Source: Epithemia pelagica
Taxonomy: Eukaryota; Protista; Bacillariophyta
Reading direction: 5' to 3'
Assembly: GCA_946965045.2 (NCBI GenBank)
Contig: OX337229.1
Coordinates: 5,890,001-5,954,000, forward strand
DNA length: 64,000 nt
In this document: positions 30,550-41,087 of the stretch, piece by piece
How positions within the stretch are numbered: position 1 is the stretch's first letter
How the letters are laid out: every line of letters starts with the position of its first letter
Translations under genes and position numbers: made by a program
The notes under the pieces: model-generated
What the model saw: the letters and a program-made list of their open reading frames with translations, nothing else
What the model was told of the DNA's origin: nothing
Database searches by the model: none

Positions 30550-30759
30550 GATGATGAGGATGATAATTTGTTGGTGGGTTGATTTAATGTTGGTTTGGTT
30601 GTGGTTGTTTGCGTTTTGTATTTTGTGAGAGCAAAAGAAAAACGACATGGGTCTGGTGCTGGTGCGCGTCGGCGAAAGCGAGGAAGTCCGACTTCCGCCG
30701 CTCCGCACCGTACGACATACTGACGTAGCCGGAAACCTTGACGCTAAATGAGACTTTTT

Positions 30760-30794
30760 GGTGAAGAGTGACAATGACAAGCAACCCACGGAAA
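30760..30794 (+). pseudogene. 5' stub of an LSm10 copy truncated by an insertion
   Basis: gaagagtgacaatgacaagcaacccacggaaa is nearly identical to 28563-28592. Confidence 0.75.
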
Positions 30795-30829
30795 GGGGAC
30801 TCAGAGACTAGTGGGCCAATAGCGACAGG

Positions 30830-32353
30830 ATGACCATGTCGGGAAAGGCCAAGGTTGGCGAGGACGATCCTCCCGGCTCCGGGAATATCTGGGAAAGCAC
30901 GGCGGCTCTAGTTGAACACCCGTTGTTGCAAGTTGCTTTCTCAATCGTGAAGGAAAACTTACAGGCTTGCATTTCTCACAGCTGCCGGTATCTCGACAGC
31001 GACAATGCTGGTGATCATAAAGCTGTTCTCGAGTCTCTTCCTGGTGCTTTTGTAGTCGGAGACTTGCCAAGTAATGTTCACGGACGAGCCACTCCGAGTG
31101 GCAACGGAGGGATTATTTTGAACCGAACCTTGGTGGAGGCTAGCACCAGCTACGCTCGGTCGCGTGCCACAGTCGAAGGCCTCATCCAAGACAGCGGCCA
31201 TTCCGTTCTTTGCTACGTTGCATTTTTGCAAGAGGTCATAGAACATGAACTAGGCCACTGGAAGTTTCACGTTGAAGGTTCCAAAAGTTTGAATGGTGGG
31301 AGCCCCGACCTTCAGGGCGACTTTTTTTCTGTGGACACCCCGGAACGACTTCGCCACGAAGCGGGATACGCAGCTCAATCGCAAATTCGGGAAGACCACT
31401 TCGGGGAGACAGCCACAGCCCGTACGTGCAAGGTTCTCGAAGTCCATGAAGATGTTATCAATTACCAAAACCTGACGCTCTCATTTTTGAGATTGACGTC
31501 CAACCCAGCAGACCACTCGAACGACGAGCAGTTCTATTACAGCGACAACGAAGTCGAGCAAACGCCGCCGCGAATTACAAGAGAACAGCTGTTGGAGCAC
31601 ATGAACTACCCCAGGGCCGCCCTCTGTACCAGTAACAAGAGAAAGAGAGGAGATTCACCCGATGAGGGTCCGTCTGGTCAAGGCAGAGGTGGAGCAGGTC
31701 CCGGATCCGGACAACCTCCAGGCCCATCTGGTGCTGCTCATCCTTCGCCAGGTGATCGGCGTCCTGGACCATGGCTAGGCAGTGTCCAGAGTTTCTTACC
31801 AGGCGCGATGAATGGGGCCAATCTCCCGCGCCAACAGGCTTCACGACTGTCTGGGCAGCGTGAAACTGACACGGATGGCTATGATCCGCTCCTCATGGGT
31901 TGTCGCCCCATGGCAGGCTACCTGCAAGACCAAGACTCCCTTGTGAAGCATTGCGCATTTGAGCTGAAGTTGTGCGACAAAGGTAGACGCGAGAAGTCTA
32001 CTTTCAATCAAAAAGAAAGCATCTATGTGAAGTTGACGGTGCGCAACACCTCCGTGCATCCAATCTCGGTTTTGATTGGGGACGGCCCATATTTTTCTCG
32101 CGGCAACCTGCACGTCCAAATTGATGACAAGAAGCCAGGATGGATGCACAACAACAAATCGTCAAAGTTGTTGCTTGAACCGAAGGAAATCAGCGATCGT
32201 AACACCTACACTTTCTTCAAGACGTTCACGAAGCCAGCGGGCAAGAAGGAGTCTGAGGTGGCTTACGCTACGCCTCCTCCGGGGTCATATACTGCACGAG
32301 TGTGGGTGAAGCAGGTGCCAATTGAGGTTACATTTCCATTTTCTGTCGCTTGA
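30830..32353 (+). CDS. HExxH (zincin-like) motif protein with Gly/Pro linker and C-terminal beta-sandwich-like domain, inside an inserted segment
   Basis: Intronless 507-aa ORF. EVIEHELGHW at 31232-31261 is followed by TPERLRHEAGY. The C-terminus has alternating beta-strand patterns (IYVKLTVRNTS...PGSYTARVWV). Confidence 0.7.
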   Translation: MTMSGKAKVGEDDPPGSGNIWESTAALVEHPLLQVAFSIVKENLQACISHSCRYLDSDNAGDHKAVLESLPGAFVVGDLPSNVHGRATPSGNGGIILNRTLVEASTSYARSRATVEGLIQDSGHSVLCYVAFLQEVIEHELGHWKFHVEGSKSLNGGSPDLQGDFFSVDTPERLRHEAGYAAQSQIREDHFGETATARTCKVLEVHEDVINYQNLTLSFLRLTSNPADHSNDEQFYYSDNEVEQTPPRITREQLLEHMNYPRAALCTSNKRKRGDSPDEGPSGQGRGGAGPGSGQPPGPSGAAHPSPGDRRPGPWLGSVQSFLPGAMNGANLPRQQASRLSGQRETDTDGYDPLLMGCRPMAGYLQDQDSLVKHCAFELKLCDKGRREKSTFNQKESIYVKLTVRNTSVHPISVLIGDGPYFSRGNLHVQIDDKKPGWMHNNKSSKLLLEPKEISDRNTYTFFKTFTKPAGKKESEVAYATPPPGSYTARVWVKQVPIEVTFPFSVA

Positions 32354-32623
32354 GGTTTCGTTCTATCTGTATCGTGTCCTGAGCGATCAAGCGGCTATCG
32401 CGTATAAGGGGGCCATCGCGGTGCTATAGGAAAAGAACAAGTTCTTCTACATATAATTCTACTAACATTACGAACAACAACGACGATACTTTCATAGCCT
32501 GAAGAAGCGAAGACTGCAAGATGTGGGAGCGCACAACTAGCTCCGCCAATAAGCTCTCTAGAGAGGCAGGTAGATAACAGAGGCGGTACGTAGAACTTAC
32601 TCCTAGGATGGTTGACTGGCGGT

Positions 32624-32966
32624 TCGCCGCTCCGTACCGTACGACATACAGACGAAACTATCACTCTACCCCTAATAGAAAACCTTAACGCTAATAGATT
32701 TTGAGTCGACATCCAATCCATCCTTTGTTCGAGGATCGACCATTCGGTACGTTCCTATTCCCACAATCATTGCTATTTGGCAGGAACCATCAAGGCTGGA
32801 CGATAACGGGAGAAAAGTGCGTCCCCACCGCTATCAATGAGGCATTCGCAGAACGCCAACCAACAAGCCCTAACAACAACAGCAACAACAACGACCTTTT
32901 GATGCTAGTGTATGGTGTGGCTGGTTCCATGTCACTCGGTCCTCTTTTTCTTTTGCTCGTGGAGCG
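32624..32966 (+). pseudogene. Duplicated LSm10 promoter plus 3' half of LSm10 (frameshifted)
   Basis: 32624-32694 matches 30697-30747. 32711-32966 matches 28843-29093 (ctttgttcgaggatcgac...caggaaccatcaagg...ggttccatgtcactc). Confidence 0.85.
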
Positions 32967-33037
32967 TGGCTTGGATTCCATCTTCTCCTGCGCCTTCCAG
33001 CTCCCGATTTCGTCACTGTCCTTCCATACAACGAGCC

Positions 33038-34648
33038 ATGTCGAACGAGGAGGATGAATTAGAACACCATCAAGAAACTCCAGGAATCTCCCATGTTACG
33101 GATTCCAACTCACCACGCTATCAAGTGTGTCCCCAGTGTCATGGATTAGGTCACATTGCTCGACCTCCCAGTCGCAAAGCTCGATTGCGATACAAACGAC
33201 AACGACGAGATGGTGATTGCCCGTCCGAGAGTAGTCCTCTTCCCAATCGCTTGGAACCATGCCGAGCCTGTTACTCGACCGGATTGCAACCTTGTACTAC
33301 TTCTACTACTACCACTACCACTACCACTCCTTCTCGGGTTGTTGTAGAGGCCAACCGCAACAACAAGAACAATAATTCGTTGCCTACAGTGGCTATTGTG
33401 GGCGGCGGCATTGCCGGGTTCGCCTTGGCGATTGCCTGTCAACATCGAGGGATTCCCTACTTTGTCGTGGAACGCGATGCTCATTTTTCGCAACGACACC
33501 AAGGCTATGGTCTCACCTTGCAACAAGCCTCCAAGGCGTTGACCCGCTTGTTGGGTCCGCCGGTGGCCGAGGCCATTGTGCAGCACAGCATTACCAGTAC
33601 CAAACATGTCGTTCATACGGCGAATGGGACAGTCGTGGGGGAATGGGGCTTGCGCAAATGGGGACGACCCCAACAGGACAAGAAGCCGAAACGTCAAAAT
33701 TTACACATTGCCCGACAAGCACTCCGCCGTTACTTGTGGCAAGCCGTGGAACCGGAGAATATACTTTGGAATGCTCGACTTGTCCAGTACCAAGAGACGG
33801 ACGACGACCGAGTCCAATTGTCCATCCAAATCAGAGACGACACCGACGAAACAAACACTATTACCCGAACGGCAGATTTGCTGGTGGGAGCCGATGGAAT
33901 CCGATCTCAAGTACGACGCCAACTGGTTGGAGAAGCCACGACGCCCTTGCGGTATCTTGGCTGCTTGGTCGTTTTGGGGATTTGTCCTTTGGACGACAAG
34001 ATTGGTTCCCATCCTCTGTTGGATGGAGCCACAGTCTTTCAAACCGCCGATGGAACAACTCGCATGTACATGATGCCTTATTCTTCTACCCAAACCATGT
34101 GGCAACTCAGTTTTCCAGTGTCGCAAGCCGAGGCGTGTCGCGTCAGTACGGCTGGACCAACGGCCCTCTTACAACAAGCGGTTGCCAAGTGCGGTTCCTG
34201 GCATGCACCCATTCCCAAAATTTTGCAATACACACCCGTGTCCTTGGTTTCGGGATATCCCGTCTACGATCGGGCCTTGTTGCAACCAGGGCACTTGTCA
34301 TGCTCTTCCAAACAGCGTCGTGTGACCTTGATGGGTGATGCCTGTCATCCCATGTCTCCCTTTAAAGGTCAAGGCGCCAATCAAGCCTTGTTGGATGCCC
34401 TGTCCTTGGCCAATGCCCTGTACATTTCGTGTCATGTCCACAAAAAAGGACTCGATGATGCTCTGCAAACCTTTGAAGAGGAAATGTTGACACGGAGTGC
34501 CACCAAGGTGCAAGCGTCGGCCGAAGCCGTTCAAGTACTGCATTCCCCTGTCGTCCTCCACGAAGGCAATGTGACACGGGGGGCTGCCGGAAAGACGTTC
34601 ACCAACAACGACAACCAAAAGGACGACGACGAGGAACCAAAAAGCTAG
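33038..34648 (+). CDS. Group A FAD-dependent monooxygenase (salicylate hydroxylase/zeaxanthin epoxidase-like fold) with N-terminal CxxCxGxG zinc ribbon
   Basis: AIVGGGIAG, LLVGADGIRSQVR, and VTLMGDACHPMSPFKGQGANQALLDA; N-terminal CPQCHGLG...CRACYSTG. Confidence 0.9.
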   Translation: MSNEEDELEHHQETPGISHVTDSNSPRYQVCPQCHGLGHIARPPSRKARLRYKRQRRDGDCPSESSPLPNRLEPCRACYSTGLQPCTTSTTTTTTTTPSRVVVEANRNNKNNNSLPTVAIVGGGIAGFALAIACQHRGIPYFVVERDAHFSQRHQGYGLTLQQASKALTRLLGPPVAEAIVQHSITSTKHVVHTANGTVVGEWGLRKWGRPQQDKKPKRQNLHIARQALRRYLWQAVEPENILWNARLVQYQETDDDRVQLSIQIRDDTDETNTITRTADLLVGADGIRSQVRRQLVGEATTPLRYLGCLVVLGICPLDDKIGSHPLLDGATVFQTADGTTRMYMMPYSSTQTMWQLSFPVSQAEACRVSTAGPTALLQQAVAKCGSWHAPIPKILQYTPVSLVSGYPVYDRALLQPGHLSCSSKQRRVTLMGDACHPMSPFKGQGANQALLDALSLANALYISCHVHKKGLDDALQTFEEEMLTRSATKVQASAEAVQVLHSPVVLHEGNVTRGAAGKTFTNNDNQKDDDEEPKS

Positions 34649-35028
34649 GTTTCTCTAGTAGATATCATAGGTCTCACTCAAATATCCTTGGACCACTATT
34701 GGTTCATTCATTCTATTTAAACCGCAAGAGTTCGCTCTTCTTTGATCAGGCTCCTAGAGAGGTACAGAAGGCATACTCCTACTCCTAGCTATCCCATCCA
34801 TTACCTGGCATTACACATAGCTGTATCCCGGGGGAGCAAATCGAAAGATACCTTTCGCAACGCGTTCCACAAGATCGTTCTGCCACTCCTAGGAACCCAG
34901 TCCGAGGACATGCAGTGAACCATCATCAATGGAAGGTTGACAATTGACAACAAAAGGAAAGAAAGAGAGAGAGACGAAAAAGACGAGAGTCTTTAAGAAA
35001 GCAGTGTTCTTGGAGTCCGAGACTGATC

Positions 35029-35798
35029 ATGTTTGCCTCGTCGATATTTCTCCGAGTTGGAACAAGAACAACAAGTGTAGCTGCCAGACAATATCCTCGT
35101 GTTGCCGTCCAAGCAGCAGCAACCACCACCACAATCAACAGCCCTTGCTTTCTTCGAGGGATTGCGACTCGGACCACTCCGTTGTGCATGCCTCTGGAAG
35201 AGTTTCGAGATACCAAGACGAGAAATGAACGACAACAAGAACGAGTGGGTCGACGTTGGAGAGTCCGAGAATTGCGGCACAAGAGCTATCAGGACCTTCA
35301 AAAGCTATGGTAGGTGGTCCTGTTTGTGTCTGTCGTACCGTGTCATATGGGGCAACCATGGCCATGACCATCCATTACGAGGAGAACGAATGCTTTGGAT
35401 CCAAATAAACTCTAACCAAATTGTGTTTTGCCATTGTTTTTTGAAAAAGGCTCGTCTTGTACAAGGAACACAACATGCTCTTGACTGAATTGCAACTCAG
35501 TCGGAGAAAACAAATTATCTTTCCGCAACCAGAACGATTTGAAAAGGTCAAAAAGTCCATGGGAGCCATTAAACAAGTCCTTGGCGAACGCAAGCGCGAG
35601 GTAATTGCCGCACATGCGGCGAGACACAAACTCGAAAAAGAAATTCGGGAACAAATGGAGCAACAGGGTTTGACGCCACCCGATGCAGTAACGGAAGAAA
35701 AACAAGAAGAAGCAGAAGAAGAAGGTGAAGGAGACGATGTAGAAAAAGAAGGTGAAGGCGATAGCACCAAAGTAGTTCAAGAAGGAAACGAAAAGTGA
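35029..35798 (+). CDS. MRPL47: Mitochondrial ribosomal protein uL29m (MRPL47), 2 exons
   Basis: GRRWRVRELRHKSYQDLQKLW|LVLYKEHNML...RFEKVKKSMGAIKQVLGER; exons 35029-35309 and 35450-35798; R/S/T-rich presequence. Confidence 0.92.
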
Positions 35799-36013
35799 AT
35801 AGTAGTCAAAGAGCTATATCCTTGAAAACGAATCTAGCGACGGTCCATTTTGTTGTTGTTGTTTTGTGTATCATCCAGAGGATGACTCATTCCGACCAGC
35901 GATTCTGCGGAATGTCTAGAACAGAACAAGACAATGGACTCTCTTCTTTCCCACGGTTTGGCATGGATTTGGATGGTTCATTCTGTTCATCACTCAAACC
36001 ATCATGGGGAACT

Positions 36014-38458
36014 TCATTCTTCGTCTCGGAGGAGTGCGTCGGCCAATACTTTGAGTCCGAAAACACCCCGTGGTTCCGTATCGAAATAGGGAACTTGGGT
36101 AATGGTAGGCTTGTTGGTTAAGGTGGATACCATTCGCTCTAGTTCTTGGACCGACTGTGTTTGTGTTTGACTGACATGGGATATATAGGTTTGCACGTCG
36201 GTCCCATCTTGTTTCAAGACTTGATTCACCACGACATTTTGTACCTTAATGGGCAGATCCGGTGCTTCAAAGGTTAAATCGTTGAGCAACCGGACACTTT
36301 CCCGAACGGCCAATTCTGTAGCTACCGTGACAATGAGAAATTCCGTCTGATCGGCATTGGAAAACAAATCTTCCAAGTCGTACATTTGCAATTGAAATTG
36401 GAGCAAGGTGGATTTGGCCTGTTCCGTGGCGGCTTCAATTTCTGCCGCATTGGACGAACTGGACACAAACATGCGAACGGCCGCATTGGAATTAATCTTT
36501 TCGGAAATGACCAGCAACCGCTCAATCAATTCCGCCAAAAAGGAGGGAGTACTGAGCATGCGCAAGGTGTGCCCGGTCGGTGCCGTGTCGAGGACAATGC
36601 GATCAAATCCGCCCTTTTTGACCAAATTGATAATTTTGGCCAAGGCCACCACCTCATCGGTTCCAGCTGGTAAGGTATCAAAGACTTCTTGAACATCTCG
36701 CAGTGTCTTGCCCAAACCATCTTGACTGTCACCTACGAGTTTGTCAACCGTCTTTTTGAAATCTTGAATGGCCGTCGTTGGGTCGATTTCCAGTACGGAC
36801 AGGGATCCAGGACTGGCGGAGGAGGAGGAGGATGGCATTCCCACCAAGGGACAGTCCACGAGATTCCCACCCGCCAAGTTCATGTCAATCGCATCTCCCA
36901 AACTATGCGCGGGATCTGTACTAATCAAGGCCACCTTTTGTCCCTGCAGTGCCATGGACACGGCCAAGGCGGACGATGTGGTGGTTTTGCCGACACCCCC
37001 CTTGCCTCCACAAATGACCACTCGTTGTTGAGAATCCGTCATCAAGTGTTGGAAATCTGGATTTTTGACAAAGACTTGGGATCCTACATAGGCCATGGCG
37101 GGTATTCCCACCAACTCCACATCAAAAAAAGGCACGGTAGTGACGGCAATGGGTTTGTTGGAACTCCCATTGGATTGATATTCGGGACTGCTACTCACTT
37201 CAGAAACCGCTTCCTGTAACTTGGCAATCCACTTGGTTTGTCCCGCCAACCGTCGTTGGTAATAGCCCTGCAAGGCTTGTTCGGAAGACGAGGATGCCAT
37301 GGTTCCAATCCATTGATTGACAATGACGTCACTGACCCGCACCTGTTGTTGCTGGAGTTCGGTCAAGAGTCGTTTCGATTCGGCCACTCCCAGTTTGGTG
37401 GGAATGGTCACCACGACAAAACGTGTCAAACCAGCATCGGTCAAGGTTTGTCTCAAGCGGGCCATTTTTTGTTGAAAGGTTTCCAATCGTTGGACGGCCG
37501 TATCAATGGCCGTGGCTCGTTGTTGCGCTTGAGCATTGCCCAAAAAGGCTTGCAGCGTTGACGCCAAACCCGACAATTTGGCCCGCAAGGTAATGAGTTT
37601 ACCCAAGAGTCCATCCAAAAATTGCGGCAAGGCCAACAACCGCAAGGTATGCCCCGTCGGTGCCGTATCGACGACAATGACATCAAAGGGTTCTTCGCCA
37701 TTGTCCTGGTCGTCACGATCCAATACATTGGACAAGGCCACGAGTTCATCGAGACCCGGTGGTGGGTTTTGCACCAAGGAACTAAATTCTTGCAATCCCA
37801 AACTTTCCAACAGCGACGGTGGTACACCGAGGGCATCCGCCAATCGTTGCACATCAAAGGCGGCCAAATTGGTTTGAAATTCCTCCAAGGCCGCACTGGC
37901 ATCGACTTCACAGGCCCACAATCGACCCGCCGTCAAGGGATCCGTCAGGGGTACCGGTCTGCCCTGTCCTCGACGCAAATTTTCATCCAAGGCATCGCCC
38001 AAGGAATGCGCCGGATCCGTCGAAACGACCAAAATCCGTTGCTGCATGTTGGCAGCATCCGATGCCAAGGTCACGGCCAAGGCGGACGAAATGGTTGTTT
38101 TTCCCACACCACCCTTGCCACCCACAAAGACGGTTTGGGGACGTTTCTTGTTTTGATTTTGATTATTAGTATTCTTGCTTGGGTCACTGAGTTCGTCCAC
38201 CAAGGTTTGAACCGAATACAGTGGACGATGGCCAGCTACCAGGCATCGTGACGAGGAGGGGAAGGGCGACTGCCTCATGGCGCCCAACGAACAAGAAGGA
38301 TGTGACATCAAGTGTTCCTTGGAAAGGTGGTGTGGTTGCGTTTGGACTGCCGAAGAGGCTCCATAATAGGGTGTTGTGGTTGGTGGTTGAAAGGCGTGAA
38401 TGGAAGGACGCAACCAACACAGGGACACAACGGCCGTCCGAATCCAGGTTCTTGTCAT
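36014..38458 (-). CDS. Plastid-targeted tandem ArsA/GET3-type ATPase (two ATPase domains)
   Basis: Two copies each of GGKGGVGKTT, STDPAHSLGD and DTAPTGHTLR; signal peptide ending IHA-FQP (ASAFAP-like). Confidence 0.92.
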   Translation of the reverse strand: MTRTWIRTAVVSLCWLRPSIHAFQPPTTTPYYGASSAVQTQPHHLSKEHLMSHPSCSLGAMRQSPFPSSSRCLVAGHRPLYSVQTLVDELSDPSKNTNNQNQNKKRPQTVFVGGKGGVGKTTISSALAVTLASDAANMQQRILVVSTDPAHSLGDALDENLRRGQGRPVPLTDPLTAGRLWACEVDASAALEEFQTNLAAFDVQRLADALGVPPSLLESLGLQEFSSLVQNPPPGLDELVALSNVLDRDDQDNGEEPFDVIVVDTAPTGHTLRLLALPQFLDGLLGKLITLRAKLSGLASTLQAFLGNAQAQQRATAIDTAVQRLETFQQKMARLRQTLTDAGLTRFVVVTIPTKLGVAESKRLLTELQQQQVRVSDVIVNQWIGTMASSSSEQALQGYYQRRLAGQTKWIAKLQEAVSEVSSSPEYQSNGSSNKPIAVTTVPFFDVELVGIPAMAYVGSQVFVKNPDFQHLMTDSQQRVVICGGKGGVGKTTTSSALAVSMALQGQKVALISTDPAHSLGDAIDMNLAGGNLVDCPLVGMPSSSSSASPGSLSVLEIDPTTAIQDFKKTVDKLVGDSQDGLGKTLRDVQEVFDTLPAGTDEVVALAKIINLVKKGGFDRIVLDTAPTGHTLRMLSTPSFLAELIERLLVISEKINSNAAVRMFVSSSSNAAEIEAATEQAKSTLLQFQLQMYDLEDLFSNADQTEFLIVTVATELAVRESVRLLNDLTFEAPDLPIKVQNVVVNQVLKQDGTDVQTYISHVSQTQTQSVQELERMVSTLTNKPTITQVPYFDTEPRGVFGLKVLADALLRDEE

Positions 38459-39147
38459 GGTGTCGAGACTCGTTTTTCCTCTCTTTGAAAAGACTCTCTC
38501 TCTCTCGATCGACCGACGTGGGTCTGGATTTGTGGATCTGGATCTTTCTATGCGTGAATCGTGAATGCATCATCCATCAGGATCGGCACGTGGAATTTTG
38601 ATCGGCATCTACTACCAATCGATCTCATGTATAAATATACTCATATTTCAAGGCATACTTTCCTATGGTTCTTAGGGGGTAGTACGGAATAAAGAAAATA
38701 GACAAAAGATTCACGTCACGCTGGAAAAGAAGAGGGCAGGGCGTCTGATTCTGAGGGACAGACAGACCGTCCTCTCATTCAGTTTTGGGGCTCTGTGCGT
38801 ATTGTGCCGGAAGTATATGGCAATGGGAACTCAAAAGTTTCTCCGTAGGTACATGTATTCTTTCTGATTTTCATCACAAACAAACGACGACGACGACGAC
38901 GACGAGGGCTAATACCAACAGGAACACCACCAATATTTATTTGTATCTTACTCCTAAGAACAAAAATCGTCTGTGGGCTAGGTGCTAGGTGACGAAAGAA
39001 CTGGTAGCGCGCCAGCAGTCCGGTAGAGAACATGACCGCGACCTGCAAGACTAAATAGAAATCCCATTTAATACATGACGGCTAAGTAATCAACAAGGAC
39101 ATGTGTGAGTTACCGGCTAGGCCCTAATTTAACAAATTTGATAGAAG

Positions 39148-39312
39148 ATGTATCCTTTTGTACCAAACGGATACAGGACCAAATCTGGGGTACATTCGGC
39201 GAAGGATGAACTATGTACCCTTTTGAACGAACTGTACCCCCTTTGTCCCCAGTTGTACCCATGTATCCATTGGATACATTTTATACATATTTTGTATCCG
39301 ATGGATACAAAA
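39148..39312. repeat. Cluster of TGTATCC/GGATACA inverted repeats and TGTACC direct repeats
   Basis: Hairpins ATGTATCCA-T-TGGATACAT (39261-39279) and TTTTGTATCC-GAT-GGATACAAAA (39290-39312). Confidence 0.65.
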
Positions 39313-39740
39313 ACCACGACGCAGGCTCGCTCGCTAGATTTTTCTCATTCTTAAATAGTCTTGTTGATGTTCGAATACATGGGCTTATTCAAGACTAGAA
39401 TAACGTACATACAACCGTATCCTAAAAAACTACAATAGTGATTTTTAGTGATTATGCCGGCGTGACGAGATGCGTTGAAACCATTTTACCCATCGGGAAT
39501 CGGGATTGGGGCTGACCCGAAAAATGAACCTTGGTTGCAGATATCGGTATCGGTGGTGTTCCAGAACACACCAATACATCTACCATCTCTCTACTCTAGA
39601 GAGCGACATGTTCAGTGGCGTTGTTGGTTTGTGGAGATTCCTAGTAGTAGTATGACAATCTGCACCAATCACTCTGTTTCCTAGCGTCCAAGAATACGAA
39701 TCATCCGCAAAACTCACTATTCGAGACGACGACGACGACC

Positions 39741-40568
39741 ATGACGGTTCGATCCCTAATTCGAACGCGACGCATGGTCCGGAGTACGACAGCGGCCGTC
39801 GAAAAGGTGCCTCTTCCTCATCCAGCAACCTCCGCACAGTCTTCGCCACCTTCCCTTCCCTCTGCTGCTCCTTGTTCTCCAGTCCACGACTCTTCCTTTG
39901 AACTGGAACCAACCACAACCTCATCCTTGGCGCACGGCAGTCCCCATGGTCTCATTCGAAGATTTCGACTGGTGAAACAAGCTGGACAACAGGGTAGTAG
40001 TAGTGATACCGACCACCACAAGACTCGAACCCGACAGGAGGAGAGTCTGGAGGAACCCATGGCTCCTAGCCGCAACAAACATCCTGCCAATCATCATGCT
40101 CATTCTTCTCGGAGAAGCGTCCGATTCAATTTACGGGCGGTGCAATATCACAAGGATTTGTTGCGGAATTTGAATTCCCTCCAGGAATGTCACGAGTGTT
40201 GGTATGACAAGACGGCCCTCCAAGAATTTCGAGCCGAACAATTGGCCTTGACGCAACACATTTTTGAAGATACCTATCGATTGCCACCCGAACAAGCCGA
40301 GGCGGCACAAGACTGCAAGGGAACCTTGACACAAGCCTTTGAAGCATGTACGACAGGATGCACCAGTAGTACTACTACTTCTACAACACTACACGCTCCA
40401 CAATCAGTATCCCAATCACCACTGCCAACAGAACAACAACAACAACAACCTCGAGATCCGTCATCTCATTCCGTTTCCAGTTCAAGTTCTACCGTTACCG
40501 AACAACCCCTCTCGTTGCATTCCAATCCAACGAAAAAGCCACCACCGTGGCCCAACGACAGCAATCCG

Positions 40569-40605
<37 letters not shown>

Positions 40606-41087
40606 TGGTTCAGAATCCCCTGGTGATGGTGGGAACCGATCCCCTGGAACAATTGTATCGTCGTGCGTCCGATCTCTTGGTGGGCTTGGAAACCAATATC
40701 TTGACTCGATTGCGAGGCAAGGTTACCTTGCAAAACAAGGTGATTTTACGACAATTGGCCGCCCAACAACAACCACCTAATGGCAGCACGACCACCCATT
40801 CTCTGGAATCCAAGGACCACACAAACGACGAAGCAACAACCTTGGCGGCGGCCACCCCCACCACTGAATCGACAACCTCCTTTTCCTCCTCTTCTTCTTC
40901 GTTTTTGTGCGAACAAGACGTGTGTCGGGAAATTGCGTCCCTCACGCAACCGTCGGTGCGATTTGCCCATCGTGTGGCTGTTGCGCAAGCCAAGGCCCTC
41001 GATGCCGCCGAAGCAGCAGAAGCCGCCAATGCCGTGGCTCTTTTGACGATTGGGAAGGAACAACAGCGCATTTTGGTCCATATTTAA
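39741..41087 (+). CDS. Hypothetical low-complexity protein with 'RRSVRF...WY' motif
   Basis: 448-aa ORF containing RRSVRFNLRAVQYH...ECWYDKTALQEFR and poly-N/Q/T tracts. Confidence 0.7.
40567..40603. repeat. (AAC)n microsatellite (poly-Asn)
   Basis: About 12 AAC units within the CDS. Confidence 0.9.

Noticed and set aside
30795-32623. Classifying the HExxH insert as a specific transposon (Helitron, LTR or TIR)
   Set aside because: No TC...CTRR ends with hairpin, LTRs, TIRs or transposase motifs could be identified.
28000-33000. U7 snRNA near the LSm10 gene
   Set aside because: No AATTTGTCTAG-like Sm site followed by a hairpin was found in the non-coding DNA by eye. An Infernal search would be needed.
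33038-34648. Monooxygenase as kynurenine 3-monooxygenase partnering the IDO
   Set aside because: Only generic group A motifs are visible; nothing specific to KMO can be supported by eye.
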